Origin: Antedon mediterranea
Taxonomy: Eukaryota; Animalia; Echinodermata
DNA: 64,000 bases
Reading direction: 5' to 3'
Assembly (NCBI RefSeq): GCF_964355755.1
Contig: NC_092678.1
Span: 1,876,422-1,940,421, forward strand
The notes below the pieces were generated by a model, which made no database searches, was not told where the DNA came from, and saw only the letters and a program-made list of their open reading frames with translations. Position 1 is the stretch's first letter; every line of letters begins with the position of its first letter. The position numbers and the translations under genes are program-made. Of this stretch, positions 13,901 to 25,900 are shown in pieces.

Positions 13901-16900
13901 AACGTGTGTGGCACTGTATATTAGGCGTTGAATTTTTTATCATGGGATCGCGAGTTGCAATGCTTGTGTCCTTAGGAAAGACACGTTACATTTGCTCCTT
14001 TTCACCCAGATGTAGAAATGGGTACCTGGTAAGGTTAAACACAACTGCATTGATTACTAGCTGAAGCATTATGGGAGCTCTGTGCATGTTTGATCCAATG
14101 ATCAGAGTAATAATGTGAAGTGGCCAAGAGCAAAGTGCAATATATAGCTACTGTACATATTATTATATTAATCATTATTATTGGTTCATCTGCAATCACT
14201 CTTTTATAATCTTCCTAGGTGGTCGAAGGAAAAAAAAATTTCATTTTTTATTTTATTTTTTCAGGTGAAGCCGCCAGGCGTTAAGAGCTGGAGCCACGAG
14301 CACACATTATTTTTTGTCAAACTAGTTGTCAATCAAAATCTGACCGCGACAGTTTCGTTCCGTCCAGGTACACTAGCGCCGCTGGTTGATCTGACCTATG
14401 ACCTCATGGCTAACCAGGCTAGTAATTCAGTGTTTACAGATAATGATACGTCACCAACAATAAAGGTAATATAGTGAATTGTTCCTACATTTAAAATACC
14501 TGGTTGATGAGTTTAAACCTATAGTATATTGGTACCCTTGTAAAACATTTGAGCCACTACGGCAACATATTCCAGTCAGCTTTGTAATGTTGCATTTGTT
14601 TGTCTGACCCTCAAAATCATATTAGTCCATGGGCTGGAGGGGGGTTACCGTGCACCCCCCCCCCCCCCACAGTTAAACTTCTTTGGTATCATTTTTTTCC
14701 CACGGACATATAGAGTGAAAAAATCGATGTTAACAAGAAAAATATAGGGATGCATTGTATGTACTTGCGTCATTTGTAATGATCATCAGTGTTTTACCTT
14801 CAAATATTTTTTGGGGTAGGGGGTAACATTTATCCTAATAACCCAAGAATCCAACATCTAATTAGTATTATCTTAGTAACATTGTGTAGCATACATCTTC
14901 TAAAATCTTTTAAAATTTAAATAAAATTAATCGGAAGATTATTAAGGTCAGTAGAGGTCAAAAGGTCATTGACCTTTTGCAAAATGCAAATTTTTCCCAA
15001 AATATAGATAAATTTCAATATCGTATCTACAATTTTCAATATGTTTTATCTTAATTGTGTTTTACTTGTGCTTACTGACATATTGAATAAGAAAATATAT
15101 GTTAACAAGATTAAAATTGCAGTTCATTATACACAAATTATCATTTTTTATTCTTAAAAATTGCAATAAAAATACATTTTTTGGGGTAGGGTGTAACATT
15201 AATAGCAATAACCCAAGAATCAAACATCTAATTAGTATGATCTTTGTGTCGTTGTGTAGCATTCGTGTTTTTTAATCATATAGAATTTTAATCAAATTAA
15301 TCGAACCATGTTTAAGGTCAGTAGAGGTCAAAAAGGTCACTGACCTTTTGCAAAATTGCAAATATTTGCTATAATGAGATACATTTCAATATCAAATCTC
15401 CAATTTTTTCAATACTTTTTATTTTAATTGTGTTTTACTTGTGTTTACTGACATATTGAATAACAAAATATGTGTTAACATGAAAAAAATTGCACTGCAT
15501 TAATACCAATTGTCATGTAATTTTGTTATTCTTCAAAATTACAATAAAAAGACATAATAGATAATTGTTACCCCCTACCCCAAAAATGTCTTTTTATTGT
15601 AATTTTGAAGAACTAGATGGTACGCTCGCTTCGCTGGCGTACCATCTAGGTCGTGCCCACAGATGGTTCTCGAATACATAATAATTTCAGCGTTAAAAAA
15701 CTGGCGATTTCAAATGTACGTACCGCAGGACAATAATACATGTCGTTTACAGGAACGAATAAATAGACACTGTGATTTATGTACTGAACTAAAATTAGCA
15801 CCCTGGGAATTACTTCCGAAAGAGAAACTTGTCACAAATTGAGACCAATTGTTTAAGTCAAATTTAAACAAACTTAATTTGTGTTTTGTATGTAACATTA
15901 GGGTTGAGGGATGGGAAAGAGGATGGGTGCAAAGAGGAACAATTTTTAAATATATTCTTTATCCATCTATCGAAATATTAATTGTTTTCATGTTTTACAA
16001 ATAATATACCACTAAACACAGTAAAACATTGCGATGTAATACTTTGTTGAAACTATCACCGTCCTAGTAGATTGAAATAGTATAGTACATGTAACGATAC
16101 ATCACTACGACGTGTATAATATGTTTATATAATGTAAAACAATTTGTGAAAACCACCCCTATTGGTGGCATATCATAAATTCGATTTAATCGTCAATAAA
16201 TATTAAATTATCTAACTCAACTTAATTAGTAGGCCTAATGGTTTTCAATTGTTTCTTAGAGCCAATTCATACTTAAGTTGGTTCCTAACCCTACCCACCA
16301 AAGTTGTTCTGCGTTTAGAGCATGTGATGCACCGTAGGCCTATCCTCTACTGGCTTTACAACGCTACTCATGCCAGTGAGGGAAGGGTGATGATGTCACG
16401 TGGGTGGTTTAAAGGAAAGGAACACCCTGGGCTAAATGTGCCACTGTGCTTATAGATAAATGTAATAAAAACATGATTACAATGGTTCAAGGTACAATAG
16501 TAAGCAATTTAGTTAAAAAAATAGACTTTTAAACGACAACATATCGGAAATTGAACAGCGCCATTTTGACAGGTTAAGAGCAATTATGTGACGTCAGATT
16601 AGGTGGACGCATTCAAGCAAATCCAAGCGTCCATCGTCTTAGTACAGTATTTCAATATGGAAGTGCGGGATATTACCATAAATAAAATCAATTAAATAGC
16701 CTAACATACCTAATATTTTCGGAATATGGCTTGGAGTTTTTATAATTCAGAAAATTTGGAACCAGAATATACAGAAAGAGAGTTAGTTTTGCGTCGTGCT
16801 TATGAGGAAAAAAGAAGAGAAGAAGAACATTCTCGAGCATAACCAGCCGTCGAAGAATGGTGTACTTGCGGCCAGTGTATCTGTACTGTATGCCTTACTA

Positions 16901-19900
16901 GGCCTAGAACTCGTGTTGAACGAAAATAAAGTAGACACTGCATCGTCAACCAACAGCCTCCGTTTGGAAGGTTTGCCAGTTAATTCCCCTACCAAACCCC
17001 GTTTGAAACAGCTAGGCAATAAAAGTAACAATAGATTAACAATAGCTGAAAGATTTACGAATTGGCTTGCAGAAGAAAAGATTGATCGAAGATTTGTTTA
17101 CCAAGCCAGCGCATGCTCATACCGTGTCATCGTCGGCCTGCATGACCGCATGTCGCGTTATTAGCCAATCATATTAGCGGATTCGCTTAGCCAATAGAAG
17201 CGCCGAATGCAACCGCGAATCTTAAAATTTTCGTCGGCCGTATCTGACGTCACAAACAGGCTGCCATGAGGACAAGATGGCGATTTTCAAATGTCTTGAA
17301 AACAGCTTTAAAATCCTGTTTACTAGAAAACTACAAATCCGATTTAAACATAAATTGTTCTGAATATTAAGTTGGTAGGGTTACTTTTATAATAGTTAGG
17401 TAAGATATTAGGGTGTTCCTTTCCTTTAACTGCAATAATAAAGAGTTTTACATAATATACGGCGACTGAAAACGCTAGCTCATCATCCGTTAAAAAAATC
17501 TATATCCAACCTCTGCAGCACAGATTGAAAAAAAATGGATCGAATTTCTGTTATGAGTATACAGTACTTGCCTTTACGACGCCTGAGGGAATAGACACTT
17601 GTGGAACAGAGATTGGAATGTTCCATTCATTTCAAATCAATACATTTGCATAAACGTATATTAAATCTATCAAAATAGTATTTTTTTAAGAAAATCGGCC
17701 TGTCTTCAACATTATGATACTGTACTCGAGCTGTTCAACCGGTTTTCAGCTATTAAAAACAATTATCGTAAGAGGAGATAGGAAAATGCGAAGCCTCCTC
17801 GCATTTTTGTGGCGGGTATTTTTCAAGATGGACATCCATTAGACAGTGTATACCATGATCGGAAAACACCCCTATTTGGGGCAAATCGTTGAACCTAAAT
17901 TCGTTTTAATCGTCAATAACTAATTATCGAACTCAATTTAATTAGTAAACAGGGTTACATCAGGCGGTTAAAATCAGTACCGAAAGTACGAATCAACTTT
18001 ATATACCATATACCATAAACATTCTAGAAATAACGCGCGATTTACCGAATTTTGCCCTTACGTAAATTTATATATAGATAACAAAATTACATGACAATTG
18101 GTATTAATGCAGTGCAATTTTTTTCATGTTAACACATATTTTGTTATTCAATATGTCACTAAACACAAGTAAAACACAAGTAAAATGAAAAGTATTGAAA
18201 AATTGGAGATTTGATATTGAAATGTATCTCATTATAGCAAATATTTGCAATTTTGCAAAAGGTCAGTGACCTTTTTGACCTCTACTGACCTTAAAAATGG
18301 TTCGATTAATTTTATTCAAATTCTATATGATTAAAAAACATGAATGCTACACAACGATCATACTAATTAGATGTTTGATTTTTGGGTTATTGCTATTAAT
18401 GTTCACCCTACCCCAAAAAATGTATTTTTATTGCAATTTTTAAGAATAAAAAACGATAATTTGTGTATAATGAACTGCAATTTTAATCTTGTTAACATAT
18501 ATTTTCTTATTCAATATGTCAGTAAGCACAAGTAAAACACAATTAAGATAAAACATATTGAAAATTATAGATACTATGTTGAAATTTATCTTTATTTTGG
18601 CAAAAATGTGCATTTTTGTAAAAGGTCAATGACCTTTTGACCTCTACTGACCCTACTAATAGTCCGATTAATTTTATTTAAATTTTATAAGATTTTAAAA
18701 GATGTATGCTACACAATGGTACCAAGATAATACTAATTAGGTGTTGGATTCTTGGGTTATTGGGATAATTGTTACCCCCTACCCCAAAAATGTCTTTTTA
18801 TTGTAATTTTGAAGAATAACAAAATTACATGACAATTGGTATTAATGCAGTGCAATTTTTTTCATGTTAACACATATTTTGTTATTCACTATGTCAGTAA
18901 ACACAAGTAAAACACAATTAAAATAAAAAATATTGAAAATTGGAGATTTGATATTGAAATGTATCTCATTATGGCAAATATTTGCAATTTTGCAAAAGGT
19001 CAGTCAGACCTTGATTTAAAAGGAGCGCCATGGCGCTGACGCTCCTTGGCGCTCCTGAAAACGATCAAAGGAGCGCCTAAAATAGCGCTCCCCAACCTGT
19101 TACAGTGCGTCATAAAAATATAATATAATGATAAGAATCATAACCCCGAATACAACACACAGTCTATATATAGTCGCGCAAACGATCTTTGTTATGGCTA
19201 CCCCCAATAGGCTAGGCGCGCCTACGATCTTTGATGTTGCGAGAAAAATATCGTAAACAATTCATTCTAAATATAGTATCAGAACGTTCAATCGGTAGCT
19301 CAAAAAGACTGCCGTCAGAAGACCGTAATTATACAGACCTAGTTTTTTTGGTCACATGGCATGAAACGCAATACTCTCTGCTTTACCGCAACATCTCACA
19401 TGTTTTTTTTTTAACTCAGTATGTGAGGGTGGCTGCCGACGATAAACAGTAATTAAGATCGTGTACCTGGATTTTGTGTCACATGACATGAAACACTCTG
19501 TCTGATCTTAATAACTGCTCACATGTTTTCCCCTCCAAATTCTGGTCGGGCCTTTCTTATACACATGTCGCCTTTATGTTAAATCTTATAGTAATTAATA
19601 TGGAATATATATTTATTTTGCATATATTTTGTTGGTGTCCTAGCCTAGGTGTCGTTGTTTTTATAATTCGCTAACCCAAGGTAGGATTAAATAATGTATA
19701 GTGTAGGCCGCCGAAACTAGACTAGATAGATAGCCTCGACTCTCTCTCTCTGCGTGAGCTGAGAGGTCCACGGACCCGATGTCGTCTCGTCGGCGGCGGA
19801 TTTCCGTCCAAATTAGGATAACCGATGCGTAGGCCTAGCTAGGGTGGCTACAAAAATTGACGTCTACTATCTTTAGATAGGATTTTAATTAGCAAACAAT

Positions 19901-22900
19901 ACATTGTTTGTTTGCATTGTCCATGCTTCTAAAGTAAAGGCGATGACAATGGTGTTTACTAACCCTACGGCTACGAACCACCCTACGATCGACGCGTAGA
20001 TAATTATCATAACAATACATCGTAGACTACGTTCAGAGAACAATGACCTACGATGAATTTTACGTGCGAGAATACCATTTCCGGCCATCTAGAGGTGTCA
20101 TTTATCAAAATTCGGCTCGCCACAGGCCCAACCATGGTGGGCCTGTGCCTCGAATACTTAATCAAAATAATGGCTCTCCTCAACATATTGAGGAGAGCCA
20201 TTAGGAGCTCTCCTCTTATATTTATAAATCAAGGTCTGGTCAGTGACCTTTTAACCTCTACTGACCTTAAAAATGGTTCGATTAATTTTATTCAAATTTT
20301 ATATGACTAAAAACATGAATGCTACACAACGACACCAAGATCATACTAATTAGATGTTTGATTCTTTGGTTATTGCTATTATTGTTACCCCCTACCCCAA
20401 AAAATGTATTTTTATTGCAATTTTTAACAATAAAAAATAACAATTGGTATATAATGAACTGCAATTTTTATCTTGTTAACATATATTTTCTTATTCAATA
20501 TGTCAGTAAGCACAAGTAAAACACAATTAAGATAAAAAATATTGAAAATTGTAGATACGATATTGAAATTTGTCTATATTTTGGGAAAAATTTGCATTTT
20601 GCAAAAGGTCAATGACCTTTTGACCTCTACTGACCTTAATAATCTTCCGATTAATTTTATTTAAATTTTAAAAGATGTATGCTACACAATGTTACTAAGA
20701 TAATACTAATTAGATGTTGGATTCTTGGGTTATTAGGATAACTGTTACCCCCTACCCCAAAAAATATTTGAAGATTAAACACTGATGATCATTACAAATG
20801 ACGCAAGTACATACAATGCATCTCTATATTTTTCTTGTTAACATCGATTTTTTCACTCTATATGTCCGTGGGAAGAAAATGATACCAAAGAAGTTTAACT
20901 GTGTGGGGGGGGGGGGGGGTGCACGGTAACCCCCCTCCAGCCCATGGACTATATGTTCTACGCTCGCGCTAAGGTCAAATTTTCGTTCGCCAAAATGGCG
21001 AAAGGTTTTGAAAAACATTAGCCAAATTGAAAATCCTTTAGCCAAATTTAAAAAACCATAAAAATTCGAAAAAATGTTTATTAAATAAATAATGCATGTA
21101 TTTTTTTTATATTTTATTTCTTTTACATTTATATTATTATTAGGTATCCCAATGAACCTGATTTTCGTTACCGGGATTTTACCACGTTCGTGAAATTTCA
21201 AAAAGTGACGTGTCTTTGAAGTTAAAAATACACTATTTCTTTAATGTACCCATGAGAATAAAAATTATATGCCTGGAAAGATCTTGTTTAAGGAATTGTT
21301 TTTATATATTTATAATCTATGTTTATTAAATATTTTAATAGAAAACGCGAGTTAAAAATGAGGTACAAAAGCCGGCGAGCCGAAATCCGCGCGCTAAAAA
21401 TAACTTTGGAAAACACCTACCCATTTTCGCACCCGATCGCACGAGGTCCATAATAGGTGGTGGAGTAATTTTTGTTGCATGTTATCAGGCTTTAAATACT
21501 CTTTATTTTGATATGTAAATCGGTTATTACAGTATTATTATGTACATCCGCCTCAAATGTCAATTTTAACGATAAAAATTGAATTTTTGAGTCTTTCTCA
21601 TTATCAAAATCTGGCTAATTTAGTATTGAATTGAAGCTAATTTATATTTCTGTTTGATAAAACACATCGTTTTATTTGACTTTGCGTGGACCTCGTGCGA
21701 AGAGGCCAACAAGACCAACCCCTGAAAAAAATAATCCCTACCATAAATATCAGTGTTTACCATTTTCCTTACGGGGGATTCAGTTCTCCGCTTATTACTA
21801 AATTACCGTCGCCCAGGCAATGTGCATGGTATGCATGTATTAGCGTGTTAATTAATGATTGGATAACCCCCGCAGTGGACTGTTCCATTTTCTGAACTAG
21901 TCTTCGCCGCACACGAGGCATGTCGAAAAATGTCACCTCTCATCATGGAATATTTGCTTCGAAACGTCAATTTTACCGATTTATTAAATTATTTAATAAT
22001 TGGAATATTTATCAATCTATTATATAAAACAAGAAATGTACCGCAGAAATTTAAGAAGCTTTGAATTTGCTATGCAGCGGCCGTAACCCATTCTATGTAG
22101 ACGGCCGAAACGCGCTTTGGCCATGGTTGCCGTTGCAGATACGCTGTTTCTTAGCTATTCAATTTAAAGCGCAACTTTCGGTTAGAATAATCGAAAGGGA
22201 AATAAAATTAAACATGTTAACATTATACTATTGAGGTAATTACTTTGTTAAATTTAAAATTCCCCATTTTAAATAACAGAACAGCCTCGTTTACGGAAGT
22301 ATTCGTCCACATGTTTCTGTTTACATTTTCTTCTCGAAGTTCATTTTCTACGTCGAAGAATAGGGACTTCCCCTTTTATTCGCTCATCATCACGTCGACG
22401 ACGGCCGGCCACGAACCAATCACATTAACTGTGTGTCATTAAAACGTCATCGAGGCACGCTCTGCGCATGTTTAAACAGAACTAAAAAAATTAACACGGC
22501 GATCGTGACGTCGTCACATAAAATGCTGTTGTGGTAAAAAGTGTACCCGAGTCAGAAAGTACCGAAGTGTGGCGAATTCTCGCTCCCATAAGAAGTCACG
22601 CCGACCAGGCTAGGCCTAGGCTTGGAAATGTATTTTCGCCAATTTGGCGAACGAGGCAATAATTATTTTCGCCAAATGGAGACTCCAGTCGCCATTGGCG
22701 AATTGGCGAGCGGTTAGCGCGAGCGTAGATGTTATGATTTTTTTTCGTGCATCAGGGGTGTTGGTAGCCATTTTAAATAGCCATCATTCTCATCAAAATG
22801 TAAACACAAAGTTGAATTCTATTTTTGCCAGGGACTTTATTTTGGTATAAAAATACCAACAGGACTCCTATGGTCTTATGAATGATATTTGAACTATATC

Positions 22901-25900
22901 ATTTTTATTGTTTCAGGTAAATGTTGCTGAGTTAATGATTAAAAACGGACAAGCTGTTCCTTTTAGCCAGATCACTAGACCAAAGAAGAAAATTAGTAAG
23001 AGTCATTGTTTATGTTGCATGTCTTTTAAAATCCAGTTAGATCAAGATCAACAGATCTCCAGTTTCTAGTGTTGAATTTAATCAACGTTAAAACTTCACT
23101 GTAAACAATCATAAAATATTTGGTGTAAAATAATCAGGTTTTTATTTACCAGCCATGGGATATTACCAAATTTTCTTCTTTACGCTGGTATACAGTAAAC
23201 CAGTGTAACATCTTTGAGCTGCAATTAAATTTGAACTTTTTATCAAATTCCTTCTCGTGTTGCTGACATATCACTACATTAAACTCTTTCATTCTTTTTT
23301 TTTTAAGTATAAAAATGTTTACATTTAAAATACTTTTTTGCAGTGTTTTTTTGTTTCTAAATATATGTGTTACATCAACCAAAGGCAGCTCTATCTGTGT
23401 TGCTAATTCAAATTTGTAGTCAAATGCCTTCTCATGTTTTTGCCACGTCGCTAAATTGAACTCTCTATATAATATTTATCAAATTTAAAATACTTTATTG
23501 CAGACTATTTGTATGTTTTTCAATATATATATATAATAGGTAATAGTCAACCAAAAGTAGCTTTTTCTGTGTCACAATGCCAAGACATCGGTTCCTCACC
23601 AGCTACACCAGAGGATCAACTAGAAGTTCTTAGTCCTATTACAAAAGCCAAGATGATATGCAGTAGATTGAAAAAAGACAACGCAAGTGTAAAAGATGAG
23701 AGTATAAAGCTGAGATCTTCAAGTGGCGTCTCTATTTGCAGTAGTAGTAAATCTCTCAGTGTTCCAAGACTGGATATTGGAATCAAGAAAGCCCCTAAAA
23801 AGGAAGAAAGTGTCAGAAAAGGTCGAGGTAGAGGTCGTAGGAAGGTTTTGAGTTACTCTAAATCAATCTCGGATGGATCATCAGAAGATGGTATTCAAAT
23901 TGGAATAAGCTCAAGGAAGAATGCACCTCCAAGGATTCCATCTTTTCAGAAAGATTTCATTACACAATCGGAAACAAACGTAAAGGACCGTCCAACAGTC
24001 ACTTCAAACCAGTCTTTGCTGCCTAAAACATCACCACCTTCTAACAAATCTGCAACTGTACCACCAGCAAAGACAACCAAGGTGGTCTCTGAAGTGCCAA
24101 CATCCTTAGCTGAAAGAAAAAATAAAATTGAAGCAGGAATGTGCATCAATATTGCAGTCTCTGACATCACCAGTCCTACAGAATTTTACTCGCATATCAT
24201 TAGTAGTGATGCACCTAAATTAGATTACTTGATGGATGAACTAAATGACTACTTGAACACCAGTTCATCTGAAGAGGTTGATACAAACTTTGATGTTGGT
24301 GCCATTTGTTCTGCAAAATACTCTGAAGATGAGAGATGGTGTCGAGTCAAAATTCTTGAAATGAAAAAGCAGAAAATGGAAAAGTCTGACCAAGAAGAGG
24401 AGATGGTTTTCATCCACTATGTGGATTTTGGGAATACTGAGTGGGTTCGTAGATCTGAAATTCGTAAACTACCATCCTGGTTCTTTGATCTGCCACCTCA
24501 GGTGATCAGGTGTTCGCTTTCTCATGTTTACCCAAAGAAAAGAGATGCGAAAGAAGATTCAGTAACAGAAGGTTAGTCTGACAATTTCTTTTTAAAAAAA
24601 AACTTTTAAAACTGCAATGCATTATTGTAAGAGCTGAAAGAAAAGCATAGTTACACCAATTCTTAAAAAATAAATTGTGTATTACTAAAAGAAAGACAGA
24701 GCTCTAATTGTCGTTTTGGTCTCTCAACATGACATAACTAGGTATTTATTAAGCTTTTTAGTTTATGTAATTGTTTAACTGTCTGTTAAGCTTGGTTTTC
24801 ACTAGAACACAATGCAAGAACACAATTTGACCAATCGGTGTGTGGGTTAGTAAATAAACTGTTGCGTGTCATTGGTCAACAACTTATTTACATCCTTGCG
24901 TTGTGTCTTAATGTGAACCAAGCTTAAAGAATAAATCATAACTACGCTTTTTTTTTAGATGGTTGGTCTCGAGAAGACATTGCACAGTTTGGTCACCTTA
25001 CAGGGTATCTCCAAAGGATCTCAGCAAAATGTATATCAACTGAAGAAACATCAAAGTAAGTTATCTGGAAGATCTAAGTGGTCATGTCCACATTATTCTA
25101 CTGCAGGTACTGTAGTATTAACTGTTTTTGTGTTACTCCAATTAGAGTAACTATTAGTTACTTGATCACTTTTGTGATATGTGCGCTGTATAAATTGTAT
25201 TATTATTATTAGTGTATTATTTTAGATTGTTGTAATCTAGAAGTTTATAAGCGTAATAATCAGATGATAGGATACCCTAAAAAAGTTTAGGTTTAAGAGA
25301 AAACAAAATGTAGTTATACTGCATGTGGAAAGAAAAACATTTGATTTTCCAAAAATACAAATGTGTGTCAATTTAAAGAAAAACCTTGCTGCAGTTTGCA
25401 CAGGTACTTTTTGTTTAATAAAATGCAATTGTTTTGCCTTATTTTAGCATGGTAATTCACCAAGTGATATTAAAAAAGGTCATTGACGGTGTACAGTCAT
25501 GCATCAATGAACAGATGGTGACCTTGGGTCATGCTGAATCAGACATGTTTGAGGCTCAATGCGGTAAGGCTTGAAAAAAGGAAATGAGTAATTTGAATTT
25601 TATTTTTTTTTAAATGGTGTTCATATACAGGATATAGGCACATCACATGTTGTTGTCACATTAATTTTGATAGTGCAAACTGAACAGACATACAAACAAA
25701 CAACATGTAATGTATTTTCAGATATTCCAGTTGTTAGGATTGATCATAAAGATTTAAAACAGGAATGTGCACCAACAACAGAAAGTCCGTCATCTGTCCA
25801 ACCTGTCAACTCGTGTATCATTGCAGAAAGCGTGGCGCTAGATAATTGGAACCCAATGATGGAGGACTTCATATCCCAACGGAATGCATATAATATTGAT

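Larger units (their letters stand above)
14623..20951. mobile_element. Large foldback-type non-autonomous DNA transposon (Academ-like termini) with nested insertions
   Basis: Long TIRs starting TAGTCCATGGGCTGGAGGGGGG and ending CCCCCTCCAGCCCATGGACTA; 3-bp TSD TAT (14620-14622 and 20952-20954); arms built from ~360-bp subunits in inverted orientation. The Academ assignment is inferred from TAG..CTA termini plus a 3-bp TSD. Confidence 0.8.

Noticed and set aside
16796-17164. 122-aa plus-strand ORF as a nested gene
   Set aside because: Lies within the Kolobok remnant; the recognisable motifs are in other frames.
15062-20519. Duplicated 66-aa ORFs MLHNDTKIIL... on opposite strands
   Set aside because: Mirror translations of the foldback element's inverted subunits.
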